Source of the DNA: an uncultured Verrucomicrobiae bacterium
GTDB lineage: Bacteria; Verrucomicrobiota; Verrucomicrobiia; Limisphaerales; JAFGQR01
Direction: 5' to 3'
DNA length: 64,000 nucleotides
Assembly: GCA_963788655.1 (NCBI GenBank)
Contig: CAWBHS010000003.1
Coordinates: forward strand, 1 to 64,000
Of the stretch, positions 47,081-58,333 are shown one piece after another; the stretch's first letter is position 1, and every line of letters begins with the position of its first letter. The translations under genes and the position numbers were made by a program. The notes below the pieces were generated by a model. The model was not told where the DNA came from and ran no database searches. It saw nothing but the letters and a program-made list of their open reading frames with translations.

Positions 47081-48007
47081 TCACTGCGACCCCGCATCCA
47101 CTGCCACCGCTGTTGGGAAAACCCGCGCAATCGGTTTGCGCCGCAGTCCCACGGCCAAGCCCATCAGAATCACGGCGCTGCCCCACAATTGCCCCCAGTG
47201 CAGCGGTTCCTTGAGCCACAGAGCCGAAATGGCCAGTCCGGCGACCGGTTGCACGAAAATGGTCAAGCCGGTGACGTTCACCTCCGTCTCACGAATCACC
47301 ACGTACCAAAGACTGAAGCCGATCACCGTACACACCACCGCCAAATAAAGCAGCCACAGCCAGGCCGACAGCGGAAGTTCCCGCGCCGCCCGAATCGTGT
47401 GCGCGCCGCCGGGCAAAGAATCCAGGAACACATTCATCAGCGTGCCGGAGACTAAGGCGCTGCCAACCAGTTTGAGCGTACCCACGCGCGCCAGTAGCGG
47501 TTTCCCGATGACGGAATAAGTGGTTTCGCAAACGAACGACGAAATAAACAGCAAGTTCGGCAGCAATCCCTTCAGTGGTTCGTTTCCGTGCCAGACGCCG
47601 GACAACAACGCCACGCCGGTCATTCCCAGGGCAAACCCCCACCAACGTCGGGCGGCGATATGCTCGCGCAGAAACAGCGCGCCCGCCAGCGCAGTGATCA
47701 ACGGATCCAACGCCATCAACAGCGACGTATCTCCCGCCTGACCGCGATGGACGCCTTCGATTTGCAGGCGCGGCGCCACGCAAAACACCATGATGCCCAT
47801 GATCCCCACGCGCAGCAGTTCCCGTCCCCGCGGTCCGCGTCCCGGCAGCCAGGGCCAAACGGCCACTAGGCACAGCGACGCCATGGTGTAGCGCAGCGTG
47901 GCAATGGACCCGGAACTCAAATGCTGGCCCAGCACCTTGAAAATGGAATACGTCCCCGCCCAAAGCAGGTTCATTCCGATCAACAAGATGAGGTACAACG
48001 GCTTCAT
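47081..48007 (-). CDS. DMT/EamA family transporter
   Basis: About ten hydrophobic helices in two EamA repeats; LFLREHI and LWLKEPL motifs. Confidence 0.88.
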   Translation of the reverse strand: MKPLYLILLIGMNLLWAGTYSIFKVLGQHLSSGSIATLRYTMASLCLVAVWPWLPGRGPRGRELLRVGIMGIMVFCVAPRLQIEGVHRGQAGDTSLLMALDPLITALAGALFLREHIAARRWWGFALGMTGVALLSGVWHGNEPLKGLLPNLLFISSFVCETTYSVIGKPLLARVGTLKLVGSALVSGTLMNVFLDSLPGGAHTIRAARELPLSAWLWLLYLAVVCTVIGFSLWYVVIRETEVNVTGLTIFVQPVAGLAISALWLKEPLHWGQLWGSAVILMGLAVGLRRKPIARVFPTAVAVDAGSQ

Positions 48008-48240
48008 CGCGACAACCTCGAAGGATGTAGAGTAAAAACCAGGTTCCGCCAAGGAGAACATCTCCGTTGAATAGAACCGCCGCGAAACGCATCTCAAGGT
48101 ATTGCCTTTACGCGGGCAAAAGGTTTGCCAGCATGCCGGAATTCAGCGAAACTGGCGCGGTACATGGCGGTAGAACACCGTGTGATGGATTGGATTTTTG
48201 GTTACTGTTTAGTTCCTGCCTTTGAGCAGACAAGACGCGC

Positions 48241-49479
48241 ATGAAAACAGCTTTGACATTGATCGTGATCGCCGGACTGGCGGTGGGCGGTTGGTTCTTT
48301 TGGAAGCAACAACAAGCCAACGGCCTCGCGGCACAGGACGACAGCCGCCCAACCACCGCGCTGGTGGAATCCACCAACATCAGTTTTGCCGTGACGCTGG
48401 CCGGCGAGATTGCTCCCGCCGAGCAGGTATCCGTCCGCCCGGAAATTAACGGCAAGATCGCCATGCTCAACGTGGACGTGGGCGACAAGGTGAAGAAGGG
48501 AGACGTATTGTTCACCCTCGACGACCAGGAACTCCAGAATCAAAAACTGGCCAGCCAGGCGGACGTTGACCGGGCGAAATTGCAACTCGAACAGGCCGAG
48601 CGTGACTTCAAGCGCAACCAGCAACTCTTCGATGATAAGCTGGTTTCGCGCGAAGTATTCGACAACAGCAAAACCGTCGTCGCCCTCGCCAAAAACGCCC
48701 TCGAACGGGCGCACCGGGACATGTCCGTGGTCGAAGAGCGCCTGACCAAAACCGTCATTGCCGCGCCCTTTGACTGCACGGTACTGGTGCGGCCGGTTTC
48801 CGTCGGCCAGGCGGTGTCCGGCTCGGCCGGCGTGGGCGGCGGCACGGAAGTGCTGGTGATTGCCGACCTGAACCAGATGGTCATCAACGCCCACGTCAAC
48901 CAGGCGGATGTCACCCGGTTGAAGCACAACCAATCGGTCGAGGTGAACGTCGAGGCGGTTTCCGGCTTGCACGTCAACGGGGTGATTGAACGGATCGCGC
49001 CCCAGGCCACCATCAAGAACAACATCAAAGGCTTTGCCACCCGCATTGCCATCAAGAACATCGATCCCCGCATTCAACCCGGCATGACCGCCAACATCAC
49101 CATTCCGGTTGCTTCCGCGCAGAATGTGCTGGCGGTGCCCCTGGCGGCCGTGTTCACCGAACAGGGCGAGCGCTACGTTTATGTGAAAGAGGGCGAACAA
49201 TATGCCCGCCGCCCGGTGCAAATCGGCGTCGCCGATTATTTTTATGCGGAAGTGGTCAACGGTCTGCACAGCGGTGACGTGGTCGCGTTGGAGCAGCCTC
49301 CCGAAAAGACCATCAAACCCAGCGAACTGCCCTTGCAACCGGCGGGAGCCACCAACCGCAGCAGCATGGCCACGGGCAGTCCAGCCGAACAAACCGCCGG
49401 CAACGCCGAGCACAAGCCCGCCACCACCAATCGCATCACCAGTGGCACCGCCACCAAAACCGCCCGCAGTGACACCTGA
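48241..49479 (+). CDS. MacA-like periplasmic adaptor (membrane fusion protein)
   Basis: N-terminal TM, VRPEINGKI...VGDKVKKGDVL lipoyl motif, coiled coil, IAAPFD, PGMTA, GLHSGDVV. Confidence 0.9.
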   Translation: MKTALTLIVIAGLAVGGWFFWKQQQANGLAAQDDSRPTTALVESTNISFAVTLAGEIAPAEQVSVRPEINGKIAMLNVDVGDKVKKGDVLFTLDDQELQNQKLASQADVDRAKLQLEQAERDFKRNQQLFDDKLVSREVFDNSKTVVALAKNALERAHRDMSVVEERLTKTVIAAPFDCTVLVRPVSVGQAVSGSAGVGGGTEVLVIADLNQMVINAHVNQADVTRLKHNQSVEVNVEAVSGLHVNGVIERIAPQATIKNNIKGFATRIAIKNIDPRIQPGMTANITIPVASAQNVLAVPLAAVFTEQGERYVYVKEGEQYARRPVQIGVADYFYAEVVNGLHSGDVVALEQPPEKTIKPSELPLQPAGATNRSSMATGSPAEQTAGNAEHKPATTNRITSGTATKTARSDT

Positions 49480-49490
49480 CGGCCCGCTTT

Positions 49491-50234
49491 ATGGCTTTAG
49501 TCGAACTCCGGGACATTACTAAAATCTATCGCCTCGGCGGCGAGGAAATCCGCGCCCTGGACGATGTGACCCTGGACATCGAAAGCGGAGAATTCATTTC
49601 CATCATCGGCCCCTCGGGCAGCGGCAAGTCCACGTTGATGCACATCCTCGGCTGCCTGGATTCGCCGACCAGCGGTTCACTGTTGCTCGATGGCACGATG
49701 ATCCACAATGCCTCGCCCCGGCAATTGGCCGCCATCCGCAACCAGAAGATCGGGTTCGTGTTCCAGTTCTTCAATCTGTTGCCCAAGCTCAATGTGCTGC
49801 AGAACGTCGAGCTGCCGATGGTTTACAGCGGCCAATCCGCCCGCAAACGCCGCGAACGGGCGCTGGAAGCGCTGAAGCTGGTCGGCATGGAAAACCGCTC
49901 CAAACATCGGCCCGTCGCAATTTCCGGCGGCCAGCAGCAACGCGCCGCCATCGCCCGCGCGCTGGTCAACAATCCGCGAATCATTTTCGCCGATGAACCC
50001 ACGGGCAACCTCGACTCGCACACCGGCGAAGTGATCCTCGAGCTGTTCCGCAAGCTCAATGCCGAAGGCCGCACCATCGTGCTGGTCACCCACGATCCGG
50101 AAATTGCCGCCGTCACCCCGCGGCGCATTGAGATTCGCGACGGCAAGATTGCGCCGGAAGTCGATGTGACCCTGGCCGGCATGGACCGGGTCATCCCCGG
50201 GATTCGTCCGCAACCGGCGGCCACGCCGCCGTAA
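49491..50234 (+). CDS. ABC transporter ATP-binding protein (MacB/LolD-like)
   Basis: GPSGSGKST, IGFVFQFFNL, SGGQQQR, ADEPTGNLD, VTHD. Confidence 0.93.
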   Translation: MALVELRDITKIYRLGGEEIRALDDVTLDIESGEFISIIGPSGSGKSTLMHILGCLDSPTSGSLLLDGTMIHNASPRQLAAIRNQKIGFVFQFFNLLPKLNVLQNVELPMVYSGQSARKRRERALEALKLVGMENRSKHRPVAISGGQQQRAAIARALVNNPRIIFADEPTGNLDSHTGEVILELFRKLNAEGRTIVLVTHDPEIAAVTPRRIEIRDGKIAPEVDVTLAGMDRVIPGIRPQPAATPP

Positions 50235-50275
50235 GGGTTGTGGCGGAGCATTCCAGAACACGTCTCTTTCTTCGT

Positions 50276-51661
50276 ATGGACCTCGGGAACATTATCAGCA
50301 TTGGCTTCAAGGAAATCTGGGCGCACAAGTTCCGCTCAGTGCTGACAATGCTCGGCATCATTCTCGGCGTATCGAGTCTGGTCGCCATGTCCGCTCTGGT
50401 CAAAGGCATGGAAAACGGCATGAAGGAAGCCCTGGCCGCGATTGGCGGCTTGGAAAAAATCCGGGTGCAGCCCACGGACGAGCTGCCCGTGTACCAGCGC
50501 CATCTGGCCGACCAGGCGCCCGGCTTGACGCTGAAGGATGTGATCGCCCTCGAAAACAACGCGCCGCTGGTCCACAACATCACCCCGAACATCGAAATGT
50601 GGGGCTGGCACTCGCGCACCATGATTACCTACCGGGGCAAATCCACCCGGCCGTTCATCTTTGCCGGCACCTGGCCCAGTGCGCTCAAGATCGACGATCA
50701 CGTCGTCGAATATGGCCGCATGTTCAACGAACTGGACGACGAGGAAGCGCGCAACGTCTGCGTCATCGGCACCGGCATCCGGGACGAACTCTTTGGCGAC
50801 CCCGACATCATCGGCAAGGAAATCATTCCTCTCGGTGAAGTAATCAACATCAACGGCCAGCCGTTCACCATCATCGGGATGTTCAAGCTCTACGAAAGCG
50901 AGCAGGCCCGGCGCGAACGCGAATTGGCCAAGAACGACGATCGCAGTTCAGACCAACCAGACGGTCCCAGCCGCAGCCGGGGCCGGCATCGTCACGGAAA
51001 GGCGGGCACTTCGTCTTCCGGCTGAAGAACAACACGGTCTATATCCCGTTGAATACCATGCTGCTGAAGTTCCGCTCTGCCAGCGGCACCAACGGCGTGC
51101 CGGATCCGCGCCTCTCCACGATCAACATGGACATTCCTGACATCGCCGAACTGGGGCCGGCACTACAACAGGTGCGCAATGTCCTGATGATCACCCACAA
51201 CGGCATCGAGGATTTCAGCTTCATGACTCAGGAGGATTGGGCGGACGAAATTACGGCCCACATCCACAATGCCCGAGTCAACCGTGGGATCATTGCCGCC
51301 ATCTGCCTGGTGGTCGGCGGCATCGGCATCATGAACATCATGCTCGCCAGCATTTCCGAACGCGTCCGCGAGATTGGCATTCGCAAGGCCGTGGGCGCCA
51401 GCACCGGCGACATGTTCGTGCAAATCCTGATTGAAAGCCTCGTGATTGCGCTTATCGGCGGCTTGACGGGCCTGGCGGTTTCCTACGGATTGGTGCAAAC
51501 CATCGCGTCCATCACGCCCACGGACAACGTCCCGATCATCACCGTGGCGTCCATGATCGTGGCGTTCGCTTTCAGCGCCGGCACTGGCATCCTGGCGGGA
51601 TCTGGTGCCCGCCTTCAAAGCCGCACGCCTGGATCCCATTCAGGCCCTGAAATACGAATGA
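50276..51661 (+). CDS. ABC transporter permease (MacB/FtsX family); frameshifts near 51000 and 51600
   Basis: HKFRSVLTMLGIILGV, GGIGIMNIML..ISERVREIGIRKAVGA; final frame ends LDPIQALKYE. Confidence 0.88.
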
Positions 51662-51668
51662 GCCGGCC

Positions 51669-53060
51669 ATGAATCTGACCAACGCCCTCCTCATCGGCTT
51701 AAAACACATCTGGGCGCACAAAATCCGGTCGCTGTTGACCATGCTGGGCATCGTGCTCGGTGTGTCGAGCCTGGTGGCGATGGCGGCCATCGTCAAAGGC
51801 ATGGAAAACGGGATGAAAGAAGCCCTCATTGCCATGGGCGGACTGGACAAGGTATTGACCCGCGAGGAAGACGTGCCGCCCGAACAGGAACACCTCAAGG
51901 ACCAGGCGCCCGGCCGGACGATCCGGGATGTGTATGCCCTCAAAGCCAGTGCGCCGCTGTTGCGGGTGGTGTCGCCCGAGATGGCGCTCTACGGTGCCGT
52001 CATCAGCCGCGGGGGCAAAGACATTCGCCCCTCCGAATGCGTCGGCGTCTGGCCCGCCGTGCTCGACATGAACTTGTTCGAAGTCGAACATGGCCGGTTC
52101 TTCACCGACCTGGACGAGGAAAACGCCAACAGCGTGTGCGTCATCGGCACCGGCATTCGGGATGAGCTGTTTGGATCGCCGGACGAAATCGGCCGGGAAA
52201 TTATTCCCCTGGGCGAGATCATTCAAATCAACCATCAGCCGTTTACGATTGTTGGGTTGTTCAAAGAATATGAAAGCGAACAGACCCGCCGCGCGCGCGA
52301 GTACGCCAAGACCCATCCGCCGACCAAGGAAGAGCAAACCGGTCCGGCGCACCGCCGCGGATGGCGAAGCAAACATTGGGATGCCTTTTGGCGGAAGAAC
52401 AACACGGTTTACATCCCGCTCAACACCATGTGGGTCAAGTTTCGCGCCGCATCGAATAATGGCCTGCCCGATCCCAAGCTCACGGACATCGACCTGAAAG
52501 TCACCAGCCTCGATCAGTTGGAACCGGCGTTGCAGCAGGCCCGCAACGTGATGATGATCACTCACCGCGGCATCGAGGACTTCACGTTTCGCACCCAGGA
52601 AGACCGCATCGACGACATCAACCGACGCATCCGCAACGCCCGGTTGAGCGGCGGGATCATTGCGGGATTGGCGCTGCTGGTGGGGGGCATCGGCATCATG
52701 AACATCATGCTGGCCAGCATCAACGAACGCATCCGCGAGATCGGCATCTGCAAGGCGATCGGCGCCACCGGCATGGCCATCTTCGGACAAATCATGATCG
52801 AAAGCTTGGTGCTCGCCGGCTTGGGCGCCGTAGCCGGGCTGGCTGCCTCCTTCGGCCTGGTGGAGATTTTGACGGTGCTGACCGCCCAACCCAATGCTAC
52901 CTCCTACACGCGCGAAGCCGTGCAAAACGCGCCAGTCATCACCCTGGGAGCCATGCTGCTCGCCGTCGCGTTCAGCGCACTGGTTGGCGTCCTGGCCGGA
53001 CTGTTCCCCGCCTTCAAAGCCGCCCAACTCGATCCCATCCAGGCGCTGCGTTACGAGTGA
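51669..53060 (+). CDS. Second ABC transporter permease (MacB/FtsX family), paralog of the upstream gene
   Basis: HKIRSLLTMLGIVLGV, GGIGIMNIML..INERIREIG, LDPIQALRYE. Confidence 0.92.
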   Translation: MNLTNALLIGLKHIWAHKIRSLLTMLGIVLGVSSLVAMAAIVKGMENGMKEALIAMGGLDKVLTREEDVPPEQEHLKDQAPGRTIRDVYALKASAPLLRVVSPEMALYGAVISRGGKDIRPSECVGVWPAVLDMNLFEVEHGRFFTDLDEENANSVCVIGTGIRDELFGSPDEIGREIIPLGEIIQINHQPFTIVGLFKEYESEQTRRAREYAKTHPPTKEEQTGPAHRRGWRSKHWDAFWRKNNTVYIPLNTMWVKFRAASNNGLPDPKLTDIDLKVTSLDQLEPALQQARNVMMITHRGIEDFTFRTQEDRIDDINRRIRNARLSGGIIAGLALLVGGIGIMNIMLASINERIREIGICKAIGATGMAIFGQIMIESLVLAGLGAVAGLAASFGLVEILTVLTAQPNATSYTREAVQNAPVITLGAMLLAVAFSALVGVLAGLFPAFKAAQLDPIQALRYE

Positions 53061-53316
53061 ACCGGGCGACGATGTTTGTGCCATCTCCTGGCTTGTTGCA
53101 GCGGACGTGAGTCCGCTCACTTTTTTCCCCTTCGAGAAAGTCAGAACCGAGTCACATCGGCGCTACGGTGTGTTGGGGCTTCCCCGCCCTCCATCAGTCA
53201 GCATCAGGCATCTGGTATCCGGCATCCAGTCGATCTTCGATTTCTAGCGCCCTTCTGGCTACCAGCACGCCTACTTTGTTCCTTGAAGATTGCCTCCGGC
53301 CACCTATAAAGAAAGC

Positions 53317-53943
53317 ATGTTGCCAACCTTTCTGTTTCATGGCGGACCGATGATCTGGGTGATCCTGGTCGCCAGCGCGGTGGCGCTCGTGGTCTTCATC
53401 GAGCGCCTGCTGCACTATCATCGGGCACAAATCAACTCGATGGAATTCCTTAACGGCGTGCGCAACGTGTTGAAACGGGACAACGTGGTCGAAGCCATTT
53501 CAATTTGCGATGCCACCCCCGGTCCAGTCGCTCGCCTGGTCAAGATCGCCATCCTGAACCGGGAACGCGGCCGGGAAGGTGTGCGCGAGGCTCTGGAAGA
53601 AGCGGGATTGGTCGAAGTGCCGCCCCTCGAGGAGAAACTGAATCTGCTGGCCACCATCGCGCAGATCGCCCCGCTGTTGGGATTGCTGGGCACGGTGCTG
53701 GGGTTCATCAAGATTTTTGCCCAACTGCAAAGCCGCTCGACGATGGCGACCATGTTGGATCTTTCCGGCGGAGTCTGGCAGGCATTGATATGCACCGCTG
53801 CCGGGCTGGCGGTGGCGATCCCTTGTTACGCCGCCTACAATTATCTGGTCAGCCGGGTGAACTCGATCGTGCTCGACATGGAGAAAGCGGCGACGGAAAT
53901 CGTCAACATCGTGAATGAACCGCCCGCGCCGCGACCGTCATGA
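53317..53943 (+). CDS. MotA/TolQ/ExbB proton-channel family protein
   Basis: GGPMIW, APLLGLLGTVLG, ALICTAAGLAVAIP...YNY. Confidence 0.92.
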   Translation: MLPTFLFHGGPMIWVILVASAVALVVFIERLLHYHRAQINSMEFLNGVRNVLKRDNVVEAISICDATPGPVARLVKIAILNRERGREGVREALEEAGLVEVPPLEEKLNLLATIAQIAPLLGLLGTVLGFIKIFAQLQSRSTMATMLDLSGGVWQALICTAAGLAVAIPCYAAYNYLVSRVNSIVLDMEKAATEIVNIVNEPPAPRPS

Positions 53944-54374
53944 GATTTCCGCGTAACACGAAAATATTCCGCGGCCAATTGGATGCGGCGCCTTATGCCG
54001 GCGTGCTGTTTCTGCTGGTGATTTTTTTGATTCTGAATTCCAAATTCATCTTTGTGCCCGGGGTGCCCATCCACTTGCCGGAAGCGGCTGCGTTGCCCGG
54101 CACCGAACGGCCCACGGTGGCGGTGGTCGTGGACGCCAAAGGCCGCTTTTATTTCGACAATCAACTGGCTGACGACGCGCAGTTGGAAGCACGTTTGCGC
54201 AGTGCCGTGTCCCAGGTCCAAGAGCCCTTGACGCTGGTGGTCCAGGCCGATGAGGACGTGGAATACCGGGTCCTGACGCACTTGTGGCTGATCGCGCGCA
54301 ACGCCGGCATCAAGGATTTGCTCCAGGCTACGCGCCCGCCGCTGGTGCCGGGAGCGGTGGTGTCACCGCCCTAA
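53940..54374 (+). CDS. ExbD/TolR family protein (TM Asp replaced)
   Basis: Single TM, GVPIHLP, LVVQADEDVEY; ATGA overlap with the exbB-like gene. Confidence 0.85.
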   Translation: MRFPRNTKIFRGQLDAAPYAGVLFLLVIFLILNSKFIFVPGVPIHLPEAAALPGTERPTVAVVVDAKGRFYFDNQLADDAQLEARLRSAVSQVQEPLTLVVQADEDVEYRVLTHLWLIARNAGIKDLLQATRPPLVPGAVVSPP

Positions 54375-54378
54375 AGTC

Positions 54379-55221
54379 ATGCTGGCGGCCAAGTCCAACA
54401 ACCTCGGTAAGCCCGATCTGGCCGGCTCGGTGCGGGAACCGGTCCGGTGGTCGCGACGGCGTTGGGTGTTCACGTTCCTGGCCATCTTGCTGCTGCAAAC
54501 CGGCTTGATCTTCCTGCTGGTGGAACGGCCGCGACCGGTCAAGGTTCCGGACGGATTCCATACCGGCATTTACCCCGCCAACACTCCGCTGGCAGTGCAA
54601 CAAGTCGCCGGGATGCGGTTGTGGCAGGATCCAACGCTGTTTGTGTTGCCCCAGCCGCACACTTTTTCCGAACGGGCCTGGTTGGCCTACACTCCCGTGC
54701 AACACCAGTTCAGTGATTGGACCGAACCGCCACGCTGGCTGGAGTTCAATGAACAGCATCTCGGCGAAAGCTTTGCCTGGTATGCCCGAACGGTGACCAA
54801 TCCGCCGCGGCTGATCGCGGACCTGCCGTTGCCTCCACTCACCGCCGCCGATTTGCCCGTGCCCAATCAACCGATCGCCGGCCGCTCGCAAGTGAATGTG
54901 GATGGGGCCCTGGCGGCCCGTCCGCTGCGAACGCCCATACCCTTGTGCGCTTGGACGCAATCAGAAATCCTGTCCAATACCGTGATCCAACTGGTGGTGG
55001 ATGCCGAGGGCTACCCCCGGGAAACCACCCTGCTGGCGGAGAGTGGACTTCGCGCCGCCGACGTTTATGCCCTCCAACAAGCGGCGAACGCCCGCTTCGA
55101 ACCATTGCGCCGGCCGGAAGGGATGCCGAGCCCGGATGGGCGCTTGACCTGGGGCACTTTGGTGTTTCAGTGGCAAACGATCCCGCCCGCGGCCACCAAC
55201 GCCTCCGCTGTCCTGCCTTGA
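54379..55221 (+). CDS. TonB-like protein (N-terminal TM, Pro-rich linker, TonB C-terminal-like domain)
   Basis: TVIQLVVDAEG...LLAESG..AADVYALQQAANARF; position after exbBD-like genes. Confidence 0.65.
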   Translation: MLAAKSNNLGKPDLAGSVREPVRWSRRRWVFTFLAILLLQTGLIFLLVERPRPVKVPDGFHTGIYPANTPLAVQQVAGMRLWQDPTLFVLPQPHTFSERAWLAYTPVQHQFSDWTEPPRWLEFNEQHLGESFAWYARTVTNPPRLIADLPLPPLTAADLPVPNQPIAGRSQVNVDGALAARPLRTPIPLCAWTQSEILSNTVIQLVVDAEGYPRETTLLAESGLRAADVYALQQAANARFEPLRRPEGMPSPDGRLTWGTLVFQWQTIPPAATNASAVLP

Positions 55222-55222
55222 C

Positions 55223-55447
55223 ATGACCATTGACGAACTGCTGACCGCATACGTGATCATCTTGCTGGCCCTGCTTTCGGCCATTGCCTGGTATTACGCC
55301 CAACGCCAGAAACGCTTCGGCCCCATCCCCAGCGAAGACCGGATTTTCCGGTGCGAGAAATGCGGATTCGTCTATACCGACGACGCGGACGTCGATCGCT
55401 CTCGCTGCTCCCAGTGCGGCACGCTCAACGAAGCGATCGAGTTCTGA
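55223..55447 (+). CDS. Small membrane-anchored zinc-ribbon protein
   Basis: N-terminal TM then CEKC...CSQC; starts 1 nt after the previous stop. Confidence 0.8.
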   Translation: MTIDELLTAYVIILLALLSAIAWYYAQRQKRFGPIPSEDRIFRCEKCGFVYTDDADVDRSRCSQCGTLNEAIEF

Positions 55448-55479
55448 AATCATTGAGATTCAACCCGCCTTCCGATCGC

Positions 55480-57057
55480 TCAACTTCCCGTTCCGGTCTT
55501 GACTTCCACGACGTCGTGCGGCGTGGCTTCGCGCATCCCGGCGTGGCTGACACGGATGTACCGCGCTTTCTCGCGGAGTTGGGCCAGATTGGCGGCGCCC
55601 AAATAGCCCATGCCGGATTGAATGCCGCCGATGAGTTGCGCCAGCACGCGATCCACCGAGCCACAGACTTCCTTCAACGCTTCTACACCTTCGGGAGCGA
55701 CTTTTTGGTTTGGGGGGGCTTCGGGCGTATGTCCGTACCGGGCCGCCGATCCCGATTTCATGGCCGCCAGACTGCCCATGCCCCGGTATTGTTTGTAGAG
55801 TTTGCCGCCAATTTCAATGACTTCGCCCGGCGCTTCCAGGCAGCCGGCAAGAATCCCGCCGCACATCACGCCCTGCGCCAGCGTCAGGGCTTTGACAATA
55901 TCGCCGGACTTGGTGATTCCGCCGTCGGCAATGATGGTCACGCCCTTCTTGCGCGCCACTCGCGAACCGATAAACAGCGCCGTCAACTGAGGAATGCCCA
56001 CGCCGGCCACCACGCGTGTTGTGCAGATCGATCCCGGCCCTTGGCCGACCTTGATCACGTTGGCGCCGCAATCCGCCAGGAACTCGACGCCTGCCGCACT
56101 GGTGACGTTGCCGGCTATGATTGGCAGTTTCGGGAAGGCCTCGCGAATCATTCGGACCGCGTCGCCGACGCCCTGGCTGAAACCATGCGCGGTCGAAACC
56201 GCCACCACGTCTGCCCCCCGTTCCACGAGATTTCCCACGTGCTCCAGGATCCGGTCGCGGTCCAGTTCACCGAAAGCATTGCGCGTTGCCGAAATGGCCG
56301 CGCCGCACAGCAACCGGAATTGCGCGTCGCGCGCCGGCTTGAATTGCGCGTTGCGCTCCTGGGTGATCCGTTCCACGTCGCTCATGGTGAACAGCCCGTG
56401 CAACTTGTCGTTGTCATCCACGACCAGCAATTTGTGAATGCCCGGATGATCGGTGAAGAATTTGTCGGCGCGGGCAATGGGATTTCGGCCGAGTTCCTTG
56501 CGATTGATCACCTGGACCTGATCGCGCGGGGTCAAGGCTTCGGCCACGTTGCGTTTGGCGTACCGTTGTTTGACCACATGTCCCGAGAGCAGCCCGACCA
56601 GCTTGCCGCCGGCATCCACGACGGGGAAGGTGCTGAAGCTGAAGCGCCGTTTTTGAATCATCTCGAGCACGCTGCCAATCAACTGTTCGGGCGCCACCTT
56701 GATCGGATCCTGAATCAGCCCATGCACGTGGTTCTTTACCCGGCTGACCATCGAGAGTTGGTCCTTTTCGCCCATGTTGTAGTGAAGCAGGCCGAGTCCG
56801 CCGTTGAGCGCCATGGCGATGGCCATGCGGGCTTCGGTGACGGTGTCCATGTCCGCCGAGACGATCGGAATGCTCAATTGCAATCCGTCTGCCAGGGTGG
56901 TGTCGAGTTGGGTGTCGCGGGGCAAAATCTCGGAATATTGCGTCGCCAACGTGACGTCGTCGTAGGTCAAAGCCAAGTTGGGATGGGCCGGAAAAAAGTC
57001 ATCCGCCGATTGGTAGAATCGGGCGTCCAAGGAGTTTTGCGCTTTGATTGCAGCCAT
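55480..57057 (-). CDS. guaB: IMP dehydrogenase
   Basis: [18 protein letters not shown] pair, [32 protein letters not shown]. Confidence 0.95.
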   Translation of the reverse strand: MAAIKAQNSLDARFYQSADDFFPAHPNLALTYDDVTLATQYSEILPRDTQLDTTLADGLQLSIPIVSADMDTVTEARMAIAMALNGGLGLLHYNMGEKDQLSMVSRVKNHVHGLIQDPIKVAPEQLIGSVLEMIQKRRFSFSTFPVVDAGGKLVGLLSGHVVKQRYAKRNVAEALTPRDQVQVINRKELGRNPIARADKFFTDHPGIHKLLVVDDNDKLHGLFTMSDVERITQERNAQFKPARDAQFRLLCGAAISATRNAFGELDRDRILEHVGNLVERGADVVAVSTAHGFSQGVGDAVRMIREAFPKLPIIAGNVTSAAGVEFLADCGANVIKVGQGPGSICTTRVVAGVGIPQLTALFIGSRVARKKGVTIIADGGITKSGDIVKALTLAQGVMCGGILAGCLEAPGEVIEIGGKLYKQYRGMGSLAAMKSGSAARYGHTPEAPPNQKVAPEGVEALKEVCGSVDRVLAQLIGGIQSGMGYLGAANLAQLREKARYIRVSHAGMREATPHDVVEVKTGTGS

Positions 57058-57165
57058 GACGAATGATGAAGGGGCGGGCCGGTGCGTGCAAGGGGGAATT
57101 CCATCGGGCGAAGCCAACTCAATTGCTCGGTTGCCCTTCGGCGTTGCCGACGCTAACACTGTGCG

Positions 57166-58329
57166 GTGAACACGTTGATGAACACGATGCCAATCAACAA
57201 CCTTCCTCGAACCGGACTGGCAGCAATAATTTGGCTGCTGTTTGCGCTCGCGTCAGCCAACACCGGCGAAGCGGCAGCCCCAATGGATTCCTGGTCCCAA
57301 CTCGCGACTTTCTTTACGCCTCCACCTCGCTATGCCCACGATTTGGGGAACTTCAAATCGCCCTTGCGGTTCGACGACGGGCGCCCTGTGAAAACCCCGG
57401 CGGATTGGGCACAGCGCCGACGGGAGATCCGGGAAACGTGGAATCACCTGATGGGCCCCTGGCCGGAGCTGATTGCAAAACCGCGGATCGAGGAACTTGG
57501 TTCCAAGCGCCGCGACAATTTCACACAACATCGCGTGCGGGTTGAAATTGCTCCGGCGCAGACCACCGACGGTTATCTGCTGGTTCCGAAAGGATCGGGA
57601 CCATTCCCGGCGGTGCTGGTTCCATACTATGATCCGGAAACCAGCATTGGTTTGGGAAAAACGCCGCTGCGCGATTTTGCGTATCAGTTGGCCAAACGCG
57701 GCTTTGTGACGCTGGCCATAGGTTCTCCCGGTGGTGATGCGTGGCATCCGGATACGGGCACGGCGCAGTGCCAACCGCTCTCGTTCCTGGCTTACGTAGC
57801 CGCCAATTGTTGCAACGCCCTGGCGACCCGGCGGGATGTCAATCCCCAACGCATCGGGGTGGTGGGCCATTCCTATGGCGGCAAGTGGGCCATGTTCGCG
57901 GCGTGTTTGTATGACCGGTTTGCGTGCGGCGTTTGGTCGGACCCGGGCATTGTATTCGACGAGAGCCGGTCGAACGTGAACTATTGGGATGTTTGGTATT
58001 TAGGTAAGGATGCGGCGGACTCGCGGCAGCCGGGAGCACCGACAAAGGACAATCCCCGCACCGGCGCCTACAACCAACTGGTTGAGGGTGGCCACGATTT
58101 GCATGAACTCCAGGCGCTAATGGCACCTCGGCCTTTCTTGGTTTCTGGCGGAGCCGAAGACCCGCCGTCGCGCTGGCCGGCGCTGAACCATTGTGTGGCC
58201 GTTAATGCCCTGTTGGGTTTCACCAACCGGGTAGGCCTGACCTCCCGGCCCGCCCATTCCCCCACACCCGAGTCCAACGAGCAGATTTACCAGTTTTTCG
58301 AACATTTCTTGAAGGAGCCGGCAAAGTGA
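57166..58329 (+). CDS. Secreted alpha/beta-hydrolase (esterase-like); start may be 57178 or 57187
   Basis: Signal peptide, GPFPAVL, nucleophile elbow [14 protein letters not shown], late His. Confidence 0.8.
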   Translation: MNTLMNTMPINNLPRTGLAAIIWLLFALASANTGEAAAPMDSWSQLATFFTPPPRYAHDLGNFKSPLRFDDGRPVKTPADWAQRRREIRETWNHLMGPWPELIAKPRIEELGSKRRDNFTQHRVRVEIAPAQTTDGYLLVPKGSGPFPAVLVPYYDPETSIGLGKTPLRDFAYQLAKRGFVTLAIGSPGGDAWHPDTGTAQCQPLSFLAYVAANCCNALATRRDVNPQRIGVVGHSYGGKWAMFAACLYDRFACGVWSDPGIVFDESRSNVNYWDVWYLGKDAADSRQPGAPTKDNPRTGAYNQLVEGGHDLHELQALMAPRPFLVSGGAEDPPSRWPALNHCVAVNALLGFTNRVGLTSRPAHSPTPESNEQIYQFFEHFLKEPAK

Positions 58330-58333
58330 TCCG

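Noticed and set aside
53061..53316. A third bridge ORF (53076-53309) across the REP block before the exbB-like gene
   Set aside because: Only 77 codons, TTG start and no overlap with either neighbour; compatible with chance.
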